NCBI RefSeq assembly: GCF_000020385.1
Contig: NC_010814.1
Coordinates: 1,380,001-1,412,000 of the forward strand
Reading direction: 5' to 3'
From: Trichlorobacter lovleyi SZ
GTDB lineage: Bacteria > Desulfobacterota > Desulfuromonadia > Geobacterales > Pseudopelobacteraceae
Length of the DNA stretch: 32,000 nt
Of this stretch, positions 1-10,816 are shown piece by piece. Numbering within the stretch: position 1 is the first letter of the stretch; every line of letters begins with the position of its first letter. The notes beneath the pieces were generated by a model. That model saw only the letters and a program-made list of their open reading frames with translations. It did not search any database and had not been told where the DNA came from. The position numbers and the translations under genes were made by a program.

Positions 1-435
1 GCTGGTGCCGATTATGTTGGCGCAGATGATCTGGTGGCTAAAATTCAGGAGGGTTGGTTCGAATTTGATACCGCCATAGCTACTCCTGATATGATGGGAG
101 TTGTTGGCAAGATCGGTAAACTTCTCGGCCCTCGCGGTTTGATGCCTAACCCCAAGGTAGGTACTGTTACTTTTGAAGTTGGTCGCGCAGTAAAAGAGTC
201 AAAGGCCGGTAAGGTTGAATTCCGTGTGGAGAAGGCTGGAATTGTCCATGCACCTATTGGCAAGGTTTCATTTGACGCTGAAAAATTGCAGGGAAACTTG
301 GTCGCGCTGGTGGAAGCACTGGTAAAAGCCAAACCTTCTGCGGCAAAAGGTACCTATATCAAGAAGATTTCTCTCTCATCAACGATGGGACCTGGAATCA
401 ACCTTGATATCAGTGATGTAACCGCAAATATATAA
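1..435 (+). CDS. rplA: 50S ribosomal protein L1, C-terminal part (5' end lies outside the window)
   Basis: Frame 1 is open from nt 1 ([33 protein letters not shown]...), with stop TAA at 433-435. The sequence is recognisable as L1. It is followed by L10 and L7/L12 as in the conserved rplKAJL cluster. The M at nt 34 in the ORF track is an internal GTG codon, not the start. Confidence 0.95.
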   Translation, partial: AGADYVGADDLVAKIQEGWFEFDTAIATPDMMGVVGKIGKLLGPRGLMPNPKVGTVTFEVGRAVKESKAGKVEFRVEKAGIVHAPIGKVSFDAEKLQGNLVALVEALVKAKPSAAKGTYIKKISLSSTMGPGINLDISDVTANI

Positions 436-586
436 ACGATTTTAGCCAAAGTCACAGACAGCAGGCGCATGCCAGCATAAAGACGTAGTCGGTCTGCCTG
501 CCGAGACTTGGGTTCGCAAGACTAACTTGCGCTCCTGACTTTGGCATGGGGATCTCCCCAGAAACCAAAAGAAAGGAGGACGACGC
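436..586 (+). promoter_or_regulatory. Putative structured rplJ (L10) leader / autoregulatory 5'UTR
   Basis: A 151-nt non-coding spacer lies upstream of rplJ. Visible pairings are 445-454 gccaaagtca with 536-545 tgactttggc (10-bp closing stem), 461-466 gcaggc with 496-501 gcctgc, and 516-520 gcaag with 526-530 cttgc. The SD aaggagga is at 573-580. Position and multi-stem layout fit the L10(L12)4-binding rplJ leader known in other bacteria. Not tested against a covariance model. Confidence 0.5.
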
Positions 587-1111
587 TTGAAAAAATCTGT
601 CAAGCAGGAACAAGTAACGCAGATGCACGATAAGCTGTTGCGTGCAAAAGCAGTTTTTCTGGCTGACTTCCGCGGAATGAATGTGGATAAGGCTACAACA
701 CTGCGCAACGAGCTCCGGTCTGCCAGCGTTGAGTACAAGGTGTTCAAGAACACCCTGTTCGATATCGCTGCAAAAGAAACCGAGGCTGCGTGTCTGGCTC
801 CGTATCTTGCTGGTCCAACAGCGGTAGCTATATCTTATGATGACCCTGTCGGTGCAGCCAAGGTGCTGTCCAAATTCGCCAAGGATTCAAAAGGCGTGTT
901 TGTACTCAAAGCCGGTGTGCTTTCCGGTAAGGTGATTGATGTTAACCAGATTCAGGCACTTGCAGATCTCCCATCACGGGAAGTGTTGATTGCCAAGATG
1001 CTCGGCTCAATGCAGGCACCAGCTACGAACTTTGTTGGCGTGCTGGCTGCACTGCCCGGCTCACTGGTTCGCGCTCTGGATGCAATCAGGGCAAAAAAAG
1101 AAGGCAACTAG
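587..1111 (+). CDS. rplJ: 50S ribosomal protein L10
   Basis: 174-aa ORF with a TTG start 6 nt after SD aaggagga. The sequence ([10 protein letters not shown]...LADFRGMNV...[10 protein letters not shown]) is recognisable as L10. Synteny is L1-L10-L7/L12. Confidence 0.95.
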   Translation: MKKSVKQEQVTQMHDKLLRAKAVFLADFRGMNVDKATTLRNELRSASVEYKVFKNTLFDIAAKETEAACLAPYLAGPTAVAISYDDPVGAAKVLSKFAKDSKGVFVLKAGVLSGKVIDVNQIQALADLPSREVLIAKMLGSMQAPATNFVGVLAALPGSLVRALDAIRAKKEGN

Positions 1112-1167
1112 AGCTTCTCGTTGTATTAATACTCAATTAAACACTCGATACCTATATGGAGGATATC

Positions 1168-1548
1168 ATGGCTGAAATTACTAAGGCAGACGTAGTTGCA
1201 TTTATTGAGAAGATGACCGTTCTTGAACTGGCCGAGCTGGTTAAGGAGCTGGAAGAAAAGTTCGGTGTGTCTGCAGCTGCTCCTGTTGCTGTTGCTGCTG
1301 CTGCTCCTGCTGCCGCTGCTGAGGCTGCTGAAGAGAAGACCGAGTTTGATGTTATTCTGAAGAGTGCTGGTGCCAACAAGATCAACGTGATCAAGGTTGT
1401 ACGTACTCTGACCAGCTTGGGCCTGAAAGAAGCAAAGGATCTGGTTGACGGTGCACCAAGCCCCGTAAAGACCGGTATTTCCAAGGCTGAGGCTGAAGAA
1501 GCTCAGAAGCAACTGGTTGAAGCTGGCGCAGAAGTAGAAATCAAATAG
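1168..1548 (+). CDS. rplL: 50S ribosomal protein L7/L12
   Basis: The start was moved from track position 1156 to ATG 1168, which is preceded by ggagga (1158-1163). The product [39 protein letters not shown]... has the Ala/Pro hinge and the C-terminal domain (...[12 protein letters not shown]...EAGAEVEIK) typical of L7/L12. Confidence 0.95.
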   Translation: MAEITKADVVAFIEKMTVLELAELVKELEEKFGVSAAAPVAVAAAAPAAAAEAAEEKTEFDVILKSAGANKINVIKVVRTLTSLGLKEAKDLVDGAPSPVKTGISKAEAEEAQKQLVEAGAEVEIK

Positions 1549-1573
1549 TTGCGCAGTGCAATACCTGCAGGAA

Positions 1574-1615
1574 GCCAAGGTCGCCTGGTGCGGCCTTGGC
1601 TTGTCCTGTTTTGTT
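1574..1615 (+). terminator. Hairpin plus U-rich tract between rplL and rpoB (attenuator / partial terminator)
   Basis: gccaaggtcg (1574-1583) pairs with cggccttggc (1591-1600): 10 bp including one G-U, with a 7-nt loop. It is followed by ttgtcctgttttgtt. A read-through attenuator at this position is established for E. coli rplL-rpoB. Here it is inferred from the structure only. Confidence 0.65.
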
Positions 1616-1712
1616 AATTCCTCCTGGCATGTGACCTGAGATTTAATTTATTTAAATCAATGGGTTGCGTGCTGATGTCTGTTCTTTTATGCTACTTGCC
1701 GAAGGAGAAGGT

Positions 1713-4700
1713 ATGGCCTACTCGATCGCCAACAACCACCTGCTGCGCAAAAACTTTGCCACTATCAAGAATATCATTGATATCCCTAACCTGATTGACA
1801 TTCAGAAAAACTCCTACCGTCGTTTTTTGCAGTCTGACGTCCCGTTGGACTTGCGTAAAAACATCGGTCTTGAAGCTGTTTTTCGGTCTGTTTTTCCTAT
1901 AAAGGACTTCAGCGAAACATCATCGTTGGAGTATGTCTCCTATACGCTGAGTAAGCCCAAGTATGATGTTGAGGAATGCCATCAACGGGGTATGACCTAT
2001 GCAGCCCCTATGAAGGTTAAGGTCCGGCTTGTCATTTGGGATTCGGGTAAGGAGTCGGGTGTCCGTGGTGTTAAGGATATTAAGGAGCAGGAGGTCTACT
2101 TCGGGGAAATACCGTTGATGACCGAAAACGGCACCTTTATTATCAACGGCACTGAGCGGGTTATCGTTAGCCAGTTGCATCGTTCACCGGGTGTATTCTT
2201 TGACCATGATAAAGGTAAGACTCACTCTAGTGGTAAGGTCCTTTATTCTGCGAGGGTAATTCCCTACCGCGGGTCTTGGCTCGACTTCGAGTTTGACCAC
2301 AAGGATATTCTGTTTGTACGGATTGACCGTCGTCGCAAGATGCCGGCAACTGTCCTGCTAAAGGCTCTAGGATATTCAGTTGAACACCTCCTGAACTATT
2401 ACTACAAGAGTGAGCAGATCTATATTGCTGCGGGTGAGCTGCGTAAGGGCATTGAACCCGAGTTGCTTACCATGCAGAAGGCAGTAGTCGATGTTGCAGA
2501 CGCTAATGGTGAGGTAATTGTAAAGGCCAACCGCAAATTCACCAAGGCCTCTATAAAGAAACTCTTGGATCACGGAGTTACGAGCATTCCCACCAGCTCC
2601 GAGAGCATTATTGGCCGCTATGCTTCTGCTGATGTTGTCGATCCGGTAACCGGTGAAATACTGCTGGAATGCAATCAGGAACTGACAGCTGATAAGCTTG
2701 ACGAGTTGCGTCAAAAAGAGGTTACAACCTTCAACCTGCTGTACATTGACGGTTTGAACGTCACCTCTTCCTTCCGTGATACGCTGCTTGCTGATAAAAT
2801 CAGCTCCAGTGATGAAGCCTTGATCGAGATTTATCGGCGTTTGCGTCCGGGGGATCCACCAACTCTCAAGAGCTCACTGGCACTCTTTGATAACCTGTTC
2901 TTTAACCCTGAACGTTATGATCTTTCAGCTGTTGGTCGTCTGAAGCTGAACTTTAAACTGGGACTGAAGGTGTGGCCGGATTGTACGATTCTTAACGGAC
3001 CCACTATGTTGACAGCTGCTGAGCTGCAAAATGCAGAGCAGTTGATTGGTAGCTTGCTGAATGGTACCCGTCCAGTTGACCTGGCTTTAAAAGACAGACT
3101 TTCAAGCGATCTGACTAAATCGCTTAAAAAGCTCGATTTGAAACAACCGGTACCTGAGCGTCTGCTGGAACAGCTGGCTGATGAACTGAATAGTGCGGTA
3201 GCCAACGCTGAGTTCTTCCAGCGTGATCTGATTGCAGGTCTTGAACTGCCTGAGTCGTTCATAAAACTGATGGATCTGATTGAGCAGGGTGGCTATGACG
3301 AAAATCGTCGGCGCATTGAAGGCCTGCGCCGCAATCGTATGCTTTTGGAAGTTGCCTATGGCGACTCTGTGGAGTGCTGCAACCGCAACGACATTCTTGA
3401 GATCGTTCGTTATCTGATTGAGTTGAAAAATGGTCGTGGTGCGATTGACGATATTGACCACTTGGGCAATCGTCGTGTCCGGGCAGTTGGTGAATTGCTT
3501 GAGAATCAGTATCGGATCGGTCTGGTACGGATGGAGCGGGCAATTAAGGAACGGATGTCGTTGCAGGAAGTTGAAAACCTGATGCCGCACGACTTGATTA
3601 ACTCAAAGCCTGTGTCTGCGGTTGTCAAGGAATTCTTTGGTTCATCGCAGCTGTCACAGTTTATGGACCAGACCAACCCTCTGTCTGAGGTCACTCATAA
3701 GCGTCGTCTGTCGGCTCTTGGACCAGGTGGTCTGACCCGTGAACGTGCCGGCTTTGAGGTGCGGGACGTGCATCCCACCCACTATGGCAGGGTCTGCCCG
3801 ATTGAAACGCCGGAAGGTCCGAACATCGGCTTGATCGCTTCTCTCTCCACCTACGCCCGGATCAACGAGCATGGTTTTGTTGAAACACCGTACCGCTTGG
3901 TACGGGAGGGACAGGTTACCAGTGAGGTGAAGTTCTTCTCTGCACTGGAAGAGGAAGGACATGCCATCGCCCAGGCAAATGCTCTGGTGGATCAGGACGG
4001 GCGGTTTATTAATGAGTACGTCTCTGCACGGAAGAGCGGCGAGTTTGTACTGGTGCAACGTGACGAAATTGAGCTGATGGACGTAGCACCCAAGCAGCTG
4101 GTATCCGTTGCTGCGGCACTGATTCCGTTCCTGGAAAACGATGACGCAAACCGGGCCCTGATGGGATCCAACATGCAGCGTCAGGCAGTTCCACTGTTAC
4201 GCGCGGATTCCCCGTTGGTGGGTACCGGCATGGAACGTATTGTGGCGAAGGATTCCGGCGTCTCGGTTATTGCCCGCCATAATGGTGTTGTTGATGCGGT
4301 TGATGCAGGCCGGATCGTGATCAAAATTGATGAAGAAGAGTATGATGAGACCGGTACCGGCGTTGATATTTACAATCTGGTGAAGTTCTCCCGCTCCAAC
4401 CAGAATACCTGTATCAACCAAAAGCCGGTGGTAAAAGTCGGGGACAAGGTCAAACGCGGCGATGTCATTGCTGATGGCCCCTCAACCGATATGGGCGAAC
4501 TGGCCCTTGGTCAAAACATCATTGTGGCCTTCATGCCTTGGGGCGGTTATAACTTTGAGGACTCCATCCTGGTTTCTGAACGGCTGACCAAGGATGACCG
4601 CTACACATCAATTCACATTGAAGAATTTGAGTGTGTGGCCCGTGATACAAAGCTAGGTAAGGAAGAAATTACCGCTGATATCCCGAACCTTGGCGAAGAG

Positions 4701-6206
4701 GCTCTTAAAGACCTGGATGAGTCAGGTATCATCAGAATCGGTGCCGAGGTCAAACCCGGCGATATTCTGGTCGGTAAAATCACTCCCAAAGGTGAGACCC
4801 AGCTCTCTCCCGAAGAGAAACTGCTGCGTGCGATCTTCGGTGAAAAGGCCGGAGATGTCCGTGATACCTCCTTGACCATACCTCCGGGCGTGGAAGGTAC
4901 CGTTATCGGCGCCAAGGTGTTCTCCCGTAAAGGTAATGATAAGGACGCCCGGACTGAACTGATTGAGAAGATTGAGGAAGAAAAGCTTCGTAAGGATGAG
5001 CAGGATGAGGTCCGTATTATCCGTGATTCAGCTCGCGGCAAGCTGAAGCGCCTCCTGGTGGGTAAGACTGCCGGCGCCAAGATTGAGGATCGTCACGGCG
5101 TAACCGTTCTTGCCAAGGGCAAAAAGATTACCGATGAACTGCTTGAGTCCCTGACCATGGACCGTTGGGCAACCATTTCAGTCAGTGACGGAACCGATGT
5201 CGAGGAAAAAGTCGCTGAGGTCCTGTCCAAACTCAACGAGCAGGTCGAGCTTATTCGCGGGGTATTCGACGATAAGGTTCAAAAGCTGAGAAGGGGCGAC
5301 GATCTGCCTCCCGGCGTAATCAAGATGGTCAAGGTCTATGTTGCCATCAAGCGTAAGCTTCAGGTCGGTGACAAAATGGCTGGTCGCCACGGTAACAAGG
5401 GTGTCGTTTCACGAATCCTGCCGGAAGAAGATATGCCGTATATGGACGATGGACGTCCCGTTGAAATTGTGCTGAACCCTTTGGGTGTTCCTTCCCGTAT
5501 GAACGTTGGACAGATCCTGGAGACCCACCTCGGCTGGGCTGCTAAAGGTCTGGGGTGGAAGATTCAGAAGATGCTGGAAGAGCATACCTCTGAAGAAAAC
5601 CTGAAGAAGTTCATTCGTGAAACATACGATAATGCTGACTTCAATAAGATCCTTGATACCATGGACCGTGAAGAGCTGTTGCTGGTTGCGCGGCGCCTGT
5701 CACGTGGCGTGCCGATGGCATCACCGGTTTTCGAAGGTGCCGGTGAGGCGAAAATCAAAGAGCTGTTGACCCGCGCCGGCTTTGCCACCAATGGCCAGGT
5801 AACGCTTTTTGACGGCCGTACTGGTGAGCCGTTTAAGCATAAGGTAACGGTTGGTATCATGTACGTCCTGAAACTGCATCACTTGGTCGATGACAAGATC
5901 CATGCCCGTTCAATCGGACCTTACTCGCTGGTTACGCAGCAACCACTGGGTGGTAAGGCTCAGTTTGGTGGCCAGCGTCTGGGTGAAATGGAAGTCTGGG
6001 CGATGGAGGCATATGGCTGTTCTTATGCACTGCAGGAGTTCCTGACCGTCAAGTCGGACGACGTCTCCGGACGTACCCGCATGTACGAAGCGATTGTGAA
6101 AGGTAAGCACACGTTGGAGCCTGGCCTGCCAGAGTCATTTAACGTGCTTATCAAGGAACTTCAATCACTTTGCCTTGATGTGGAGCTGCTTGAAGGGGAT
6201 GAGTAA
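1713..6206 (+). CDS. rpoB: DNA-directed RNA polymerase subunit beta (1,497 aa, carries an extra internal segment)
   Basis: The start was moved from 1665 to ATG 1713, which is preceded by gaaggag (1701-1707). It gives the N-terminus [15 protein letters not shown]. Conserved beta blocks are present throughout: [10 protein letters not shown], the Rif cluster [52 protein letters not shown] and [14 protein letters not shown]. Confidence 0.97.
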   Translation: MAYSIANNHLLRKNFATIKNIIDIPNLIDIQKNSYRRFLQSDVPLDLRKNIGLEAVFRSVFPIKDFSETSSLEYVSYTLSKPKYDVEECHQRGMTYAAPMKVKVRLVIWDSGKESGVRGVKDIKEQEVYFGEIPLMTENGTFIINGTERVIVSQLHRSPGVFFDHDKGKTHSSGKVLYSARVIPYRGSWLDFEFDHKDILFVRIDRRRKMPATVLLKALGYSVEHLLNYYYKSEQIYIAAGELRKGIEPELLTMQKAVVDVADANGEVIVKANRKFTKASIKKLLDHGVTSIPTSSESIIGRYASADVVDPVTGEILLECNQELTADKLDELRQKEVTTFNLLYIDGLNVTSSFRDTLLADKISSSDEALIEIYRRLRPGDPPTLKSSLALFDNLFFNPERYDLSAVGRLKLNFKLGLKVWPDCTILNGPTMLTAAELQNAEQLIGSLLNGTRPVDLALKDRLSSDLTKSLKKLDLKQPVPERLLEQLADELNSAVANAEFFQRDLIAGLELPESFIKLMDLIEQGGYDENRRRIEGLRRNRMLLEVAYGDSVECCNRNDILEIVRYLIELKNGRGAIDDIDHLGNRRVRAVGELLENQYRIGLVRMERAIKERMSLQEVENLMPHDLINSKPVSAVVKEFFGSSQLSQFMDQTNPLSEVTHKRRLSALGPGGLTRERAGFEVRDVHPTHYGRVCPIETPEGPNIGLIASLSTYARINEHGFVETPYRLVREGQVTSEVKFFSALEEEGHAIAQANALVDQDGRFINEYVSARKSGEFVLVQRDEIELMDVAPKQLVSVAAALIPFLENDDANRALMGSNMQRQAVPLLRADSPLVGTGMERIVAKDSGVSVIARHNGVVDAVDAGRIVIKIDEEEYDETGTGVDIYNLVKFSRSNQNTCINQKPVVKVGDKVKRGDVIADGPSTDMGELALGQNIIVAFMPWGGYNFEDSILVSERLTKDDRYTSIHIEEFECVARDTKLGKEEITADIPNLGEEALKDLDESGIIRIGAEVKPGDILVGKITPKGETQLSPEEKLLRAIFGEKAGDVRDTSLTIPPGVEGTVIGAKVFSRKGNDKDARTELIEKIEEEKLRKDEQDEVRIIRDSARGKLKRLLVGKTAGAKIEDRHGVTVLAKGKKITDELLESLTMDRWATISVSDGTDVEEKVAEVLSKLNEQVELIRGVFDDKVQKLRRGDDLPPGVIKMVKVYVAIKRKLQVGDKMAGRHGNKGVVSRILPEEDMPYMDDGRPVEIVLNPLGVPSRMNVGQILETHLGWAAKGLGWKIQKMLEEHTSEENLKKFIRETYDNADFNKILDTMDREELLLVARRLSRGVPMASPVFEGAGEAKIKELLTRAGFATNGQVTLFDGRTGEPFKHKVTVGIMYVLKLHHLVDDKIHARSIGPYSLVTQQPLGGKAQFGGQRLGEMEVWAMEAYGCSYALQEFLTVKSDDVSGRTRMYEAIVKGKHTLEPGLPESFNVLIKELQSLCLDVELLEGDE

Positions 6207-6283
6207 CACGGTGCGGTAGTTATGCCGCTGTTGCGAACCGACCGGTTCGCCTTGATGATTGAGATTACACTGGAGGATAGACC

Positions 6284-9200
6284 GTGGAAGATTATTTCAC
6301 AGGAAGCTTCTTCGATAAACCAAAAGATCCCCTGCATTTTTCAGCTATTCGTATCTCCATCTCCTCGCCGGAGAAGATTCGGGAGCGTTCCTTTGGTGAA
6401 GTGAAAAAGCCGGAGACGATTAACTATCGGACCTTCAAGCCGGAGCGTGATGGCTTGTTCTGTGCCAAAATATTTGGACCGACAAAGGATTACGAGTGTA
6501 ACTGCGGCAAATATAAACGCATGAAGCACCGCGGTATTATCTGCGAGAAGTGCGGCGTCGAGGTTATTCCCTCCAAGGTGCGCCGTGAACGGCTTGGACA
6601 TATTGATCTTGCTACCCCGGTGGCGCATATCTGGTTCCTCAAGTCGCTACCTTCCAGGATCGGAAATCTGCTTGATATTACTCTCAAGGATCTCGAGCGG
6701 GTACTGTATTTCGAGGCTTTTGCCATCACTGACCCCGGTACGACGCCACTCAAGTTCTGCGAGGTGTTGTCAGAGGATAAGTTTCTCAAGGCCCAGGAAG
6801 AGTATGGCATTGATGCCTTTGAAGGCGGCATGGGTGCAGAAGCCGTACGGAAGTGTCTGCAGGCGTTGGAGCTCGATGAGCTGGCAGTTCAACTGCGGAT
6901 GGAGATGATGGAGTCCACCAGCGAGGCCAAGCGCAAGAAGGTGGCCAAGCGTCTCAAGGTAGTAGAGGCCTTCAAGCAGTCTGGCAACAAGCCCGAATGG
7001 ATGATCCTGGAATGTATTCCGGTATTGCCACCGGAATTGCGCCCACTGGTGCCGCTGGATGGCGGACGTTTTGCCACCTCTGATCTGAACGACCTCTATC
7101 GTCGTGTTATCAACCGGAATAACCGCCTTAAACGTCTTTGTGAACTGCAGGCCCCGGAGGTGATCATCCGTAACGAAAAGCGGATGCTGCAGGAGGCGGT
7201 TGACGCCCTGTTTGACAACGGTCGCCGTGGCCGCGCTATTGCCGGCCCCAACAAGCGTCCGCTCAAGTCACTGTCTGACATGCTCAAGGGTAAATCCGGC
7301 CGTTTCCGTCAGAACCTGTTGGGCAAGCGGGTCGACTACTCCGGCCGTTCCGTTATTGTTGTCGGTCCTGAGCTGAAGTTGCACCAGTGCGGTCTGCCTA
7401 AGAAAATGGCTCTGGAGCTGTTCAAGCCGTTTATTTATAACAAGCTCGAAGAGCGTGGCTATGTTACCACTATCAAGAGTGCCAAGAAGATGGTGGAAAA
7501 GGAACGTCCCGAAGTATGGGATGTACTGGAAGAAGTAATCCGGGAACATCCGGTCATGTTGAACCGTGCACCAACCCTGCACAGACTCGGTATACAGGCC
7601 TTTGAACCGGTTTTGATCGAAGGTAAGGCCATTCAGCTGCACCCACTGGTCTGTACTGCATTTAACGCCGACTTTGACGGTGACCAGATGGCCGTACACC
7701 TGCCACTTTCCATTGAAAGTCAGGTGGAAACCAGGGTGTTGATGATGTCCACCAACAACATCCTCTCCCCGGCTCACGGCAAGCCGATTATCGTGCCCTC
7801 GCAGGATATGGTTCTTGGAACCTATTACATGACCAGGGAGCGGATTGGCGCTAAAGGCGAGAGGACGACTTTTGCCTCTCCCGAAGAAGTGCGTATCGCT
7901 TTTGACCATGGTGAGGTTGATATGCAGGCACGGGTCAAGGTGCGGATGATTGATGCACCTGACAATCCGGATGAGAAGCCGCAACTGGTTGATACCACCG
8001 TCGGCAGGATCATTCTGCGGGAGGTGTTGCCTCCACAGGTTCCTTTCTCGGCAATCAACAAGGTGATGAACAAGAAGGAACTCTCAAACCTGATTGATAC
8101 CTGCTACCGTCTGGCCGGCAACAAGGAAACGGTTATTCTGGCTGACCGTCTGAAGGAAACCGGTTTCCGCTATGCAAACCTGGCTGGTATCTCAATCTGT
8201 ATCGATGATATGGTCATTCCTGAAGGTAAACAGGCCATCATTGACAGGGCCAATGAAGAGGTCCAGGAGATTCAAAACCAGTACACCGAAGGTCTGATTA
8301 CCGATGGTGAACGCTACAACAAGGTTATTGATATCTGGGCCAAATCTACTGAAGAGATCGCCAAGGAGATGTTGGGCAACCTCTCCAAGGAGATCGTTGT
8401 TGACAGTGATGGTAAAGAGGTTGAAATCCCCTCCTTTAATGCCATTCACATGATGGCTGACTCAGGCGCACGGGGTTCCGCACAGCAGATCCGTCAGTTG
8501 GCCGGTATGCGGGGCTTGATGGCAAAACCGTCCGGCGAGATTATTGAAACTCCGATTACCGCAAACTTCCGTGAGGGTCTGACCGTGTTGCAGTACTTCA
8601 TTTCAACCCACGGTGCACGGAAGGGTCTTGCCGATACCGCGTTGAAAACGGCAAACTCCGGTTACCTGACCCGTCGTCTGGTTGACGTGGCCCAGGACGC
8701 GATCATTACTGAAGATGATTGCGGTACTCTGGACGGCCTGACGGTCAGCTCGCTGACCGAGGGTGGTGAAGTTATTGAGCATATCGGTGACCGTATTCTT
8801 GGTCGGGTTGCTCTTGATGATATCCATGACCCGATTACCGACGAGATTCTGGTGGAGGCAAACCAGGAGATTGACGAAAATCTGGTTAAGAAAATCGAAG
8901 ATGCAGGTCTTGAGAAGGTCAAGATGCGCTCAGTGCTCACCTGCCAGAGTAAACGTGGCATCTGTGCCAAGTGTTACGGACGCGACCTTGCCCGTGGGCA
9001 TATCGTTAACATGGGTGAGGCAGTTGGTGTTATCGCTGCCCAGTCTATCGGCGAACCTGGTACCCAGCTGACCATGCGTACCTTCCACATTGGTGGTACT
9101 GCATCCCGGGCTGCTGAACAGACTTCACTTGAGGCTCGCTACGAGGGCTTGGTCAAATACATTAATCTGCATACCGTAGTCAATGCAGAGGGTTTCCACA

Positions 9201-10441
9201 TTGTCATGAGCCGTAACGGTGAGGTTGCCGTGGTGGATGAGACCGGTCGTGAACGTGAACGGTACGGTGTTGTTTATGGCGCAAAGCTGAAGATTGCTCC
9301 GGAGGGTTCAGTCAAGGCAGGTGAGACACTTGCTGAATGGGATCCATATACCATGCCAATTCTGACTGAGGTTGGCGGCCGGGTTAAGTTCGGTGACATT
9401 ATTGAAGGTGTCACTATGGAAGAGAAGCTGGATGATGTCACAGGCCTCTCCCGTAAAGAGATCGTAGAAACCAAGGACTCGGATAAACGGCCGAGAATTG
9501 CCATCAAAGATGCCGGAGAGTCCGGCGGTACCATTGGTCGTTACTATCTACCTGTTGGTGCCATTATTAACGTGACTGAAGATGCGGTCATCTGTGGTGG
9601 TGATATCATTGCCAAGATTCCTCGTGAAACGACCAAAACCAAGGATATTACCGGTGGTCTTCCGCGGGTTGCAGAGTTGTTCGAAGCACGGAAACCGAAA
9701 GATTTTGCTGTTATTACCGAGATTGACGGAAAGGTTAATTTCGGTAAAGACTCTAAAGGCAAGCGAAAAGTGGTGGTTACCCCTGAGCTTGGTGAGCCGA
9801 AAGAGTATCTGATTCCAAAAGGTAAGCATATCAGTGTACACGAAGGTGATTATGTTCGTGCCGGGGAACCGTTGATGGATGGCTCGTCAAACCCTCATGA
9901 TATTCTGCGCGTTCTTGGCGTCAAGGAGCTTGCCAAATACCTTGTCGATGAAGTGCAGGAAGTCTATCGTCTGCAAGGTGTTAAGATTAACGATAAGCAT
10001 ATTGAGGTTATTGTACGACAGATGTTGCGTCGTGTCAGAATCAAAGAGGTTGGCGACACCAACCTGCTGATCGATGACCAGGTTGAACGCTATGTCTTTG
10101 AAGAAGAAAATGCTAAGGCTTTTGCCGAAGGGAAGCGTCCTGCAACAGCAGAGCCTCTTTTGCTTGGTATTACCAAGGCCTCGCTCTCAACAGAGTCATT
10201 CATCTCAGCAGCATCTTTCCAGGAGACAACGAAGGTACTGACGCAGGCCGCTATCGAAGGCAAAGTTGATGCCCTGCGCGGACTTAAAGAGAACGTCATT
10301 ATGGGACGGTTGATACCAGCTGGAACCGGTATACCCCGTTATCGTCACCTTCGTCTGCATGTTGAGGAACAAACCGGTGAGCAGGCTGTAACCCAGCTGG
10401 ATGCAGCGCCGGATTTGGATGCTGAACAGCAGGCAGCATAG
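6284..10441 (+). CDS. rpoC: DNA-directed RNA polymerase subunit beta' (1,385 aa)
   Basis: GTG start 6 nt after ggagga (6272-6277). The N-terminal Zn motif [23 protein letters not shown], the catalytic NADFDGD, the bridge-helix / trigger-loop blocks and an SI3-like insert in the trigger loop are all present. Confidence 0.97.
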   Translation: MEDYFTGSFFDKPKDPLHFSAIRISISSPEKIRERSFGEVKKPETINYRTFKPERDGLFCAKIFGPTKDYECNCGKYKRMKHRGIICEKCGVEVIPSKVRRERLGHIDLATPVAHIWFLKSLPSRIGNLLDITLKDLERVLYFEAFAITDPGTTPLKFCEVLSEDKFLKAQEEYGIDAFEGGMGAEAVRKCLQALELDELAVQLRMEMMESTSEAKRKKVAKRLKVVEAFKQSGNKPEWMILECIPVLPPELRPLVPLDGGRFATSDLNDLYRRVINRNNRLKRLCELQAPEVIIRNEKRMLQEAVDALFDNGRRGRAIAGPNKRPLKSLSDMLKGKSGRFRQNLLGKRVDYSGRSVIVVGPELKLHQCGLPKKMALELFKPFIYNKLEERGYVTTIKSAKKMVEKERPEVWDVLEEVIREHPVMLNRAPTLHRLGIQAFEPVLIEGKAIQLHPLVCTAFNADFDGDQMAVHLPLSIESQVETRVLMMSTNNILSPAHGKPIIVPSQDMVLGTYYMTRERIGAKGERTTFASPEEVRIAFDHGEVDMQARVKVRMIDAPDNPDEKPQLVDTTVGRIILREVLPPQVPFSAINKVMNKKELSNLIDTCYRLAGNKETVILADRLKETGFRYANLAGISICIDDMVIPEGKQAIIDRANEEVQEIQNQYTEGLITDGERYNKVIDIWAKSTEEIAKEMLGNLSKEIVVDSDGKEVEIPSFNAIHMMADSGARGSAQQIRQLAGMRGLMAKPSGEIIETPITANFREGLTVLQYFISTHGARKGLADTALKTANSGYLTRRLVDVAQDAIITEDDCGTLDGLTVSSLTEGGEVIEHIGDRILGRVALDDIHDPITDEILVEANQEIDENLVKKIEDAGLEKVKMRSVLTCQSKRGICAKCYGRDLARGHIVNMGEAVGVIAAQSIGEPGTQLTMRTFHIGGTASRAAEQTSLEARYEGLVKYINLHTVVNAEGFHIVMSRNGEVAVVDETGRERERYGVVYGAKLKIAPEGSVKAGETLAEWDPYTMPILTEVGGRVKFGDIIEGVTMEEKLDDVTGLSRKEIVETKDSDKRPRIAIKDAGESGGTIGRYYLPVGAIINVTEDAVICGGDIIAKIPRETTKTKDITGGLPRVAELFEARKPKDFAVITEIDGKVNFGKDSKGKRKVVVTPELGEPKEYLIPKGKHISVHEGDYVRAGEPLMDGSSNPHDILRVLGVKELAKYLVDEVQEVYRLQGVKINDKHIEVIVRQMLRRVRIKEVGDTNLLIDDQVERYVFEEENAKAFAEGKRPATAEPLLLGITKASLSTESFISAASFQETTKVLTQAAIEGKVDALRGLKENVIMGRLIPAGTGIPRYRHLRLHVEEQTGEQAVTQLDAAPDLDAEQQAA

Positions 10442-10461
10442 GTTCTATTCAAGCTGAACAC

Positions 10462-10501
10462 AGATTGCATGCGGACACAAGCCGCATGCAATCTTTTTTT
10501 T
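10462..10501 (+). terminator. Rho-independent terminator after rpoC
   Basis: Perfect 13-bp stem: agattgcatgcgg (10462-10474) pairs with ccgcatgcaatct (10482-10494), with a 7-nt loop. It runs directly into a run of 8 T (10494-10501). Confidence 0.85.
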
Positions 10502-10519
10502 GATTGTTGAAAAAAAAGA

Positions 10520-10548
10520 TTGACAGCATGGTTATAAGCACGTATGTT
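10520..10548 (+). promoter_or_regulatory. Sigma70-type promoter candidate P1 (upstream, distal to rpsL)
   Basis: Consensus -35 TTGACA (10520-10525), a 17-nt spacer and -10 TATGTT (10543-10548). An A-rich tract (10509-10519) resembling an UP element precedes it. This is a motif match only. Confidence 0.45.
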
Positions 10549-10731
10549 ATCGGTCTCAACTCGGTGAGACTGCGCGACGAGCAACCAGGTTGTACGGTTG
10601 TTTATTAAGGATGGAGATGCTGGTGAGATTCCGGCCCTACACTTATTCCATCCCCCACCATGTGATTTGAAATGTTGCGCATAGCTCGTAAAATTTGTTG
10701 TTTTTTTGTGCTCGGTGTCGACAAATATGTG

Positions 10732-10761
10732 TTGACATTATAACTTCATTCTTGGTATGTA
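10732..10761 (+). promoter_or_regulatory. Sigma70-type promoter candidate P2 (proximal rpsL / str operon promoter)
   Basis: Consensus -35 TTGACA (10732-10737), an 18-nt spacer, extended -10 TG at 10753-10754 and -10 TATGTA (10756-10761). It lies about 55 nt upstream of the rpsL ATG. This is a motif match only. Confidence 0.5.
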
Positions 10762-10816
10762 GGGTGTTCGCGCTTTTGGGCGTTGAGAATTTTGCTGCTG
10801 GGAGACAGGTAATCGT

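Noticed and set aside
1273-1330. GCT/GCC-rich trinucleotide low-complexity tract.
   Set aside because: It is the coding sequence of the Ala/Pro-rich flexible hinge of L7/L12 ([20 protein letters not shown]). It is fully explained by the gene and is not an independent repeat element.
1665-1712. N-terminal extensions implied by the ORF-track starts: rpoB 1665, rplL 1156, rplC 15344, rpmC 19417, rpsQ 19628, rpsE 22890, rplO 23600, adk 25365, map 25946 and the DUF327 gene 30437.
   Set aside because: In each case a downstream start has a properly spaced Shine-Dalgarno and restores the conserved family N-terminus. The extensions either overlap the preceding gene or have no SD.
2970-3389. Whether the extra segment in rpoB is an intein or a remnant of a mobile element.
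   Set aside because: There is no Cys/Ser/Thr at the N-terminal junction in the required position. There is no C-terminal His-Asn followed by Cys/Ser/Thr; the junction reads ...SVECC|NRND.... There are no endonuclease motifs and no flanking repeats. Composition is indistinguishable by eye from the flanking rpoB sequence. It is treated as a lineage-specific insert domain.
6207-6283. Small hairpin in the rpoB-rpoC spacer, gcgaac (6234-6239) with gttcgc (6246-6251).
   Set aside because: It is only 6-8 bp with no U-tract, in a 77-nt spacer that must be read through for rpoC expression. It could be an RNA processing site, but there is nothing in the sequence to support a specific call.
7268-7984. 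Long antisense ORFs inside essential genes. Examples are 7268..7984 (238 aa, opposite rpoC), 18023..18652 (209 aa, opposite rplV/rpsC), 26375..27055 and 26950..27558 (opposite map/rpmJ/rpsM/rpsK), 1126..1578 (opposite rplL), and 3102..3590 and 4613..5080 (opposite rpoB).
   Set aside because: Each lies entirely opposite or overlapping a confidently identified, highly conserved gene. The translations are low-complexity (Ser/Arg/Leu/Pro-rich) with no recognisable domain and no SD. Open antisense frames of this kind are the expected by-product of strong codon bias on the sense strand.
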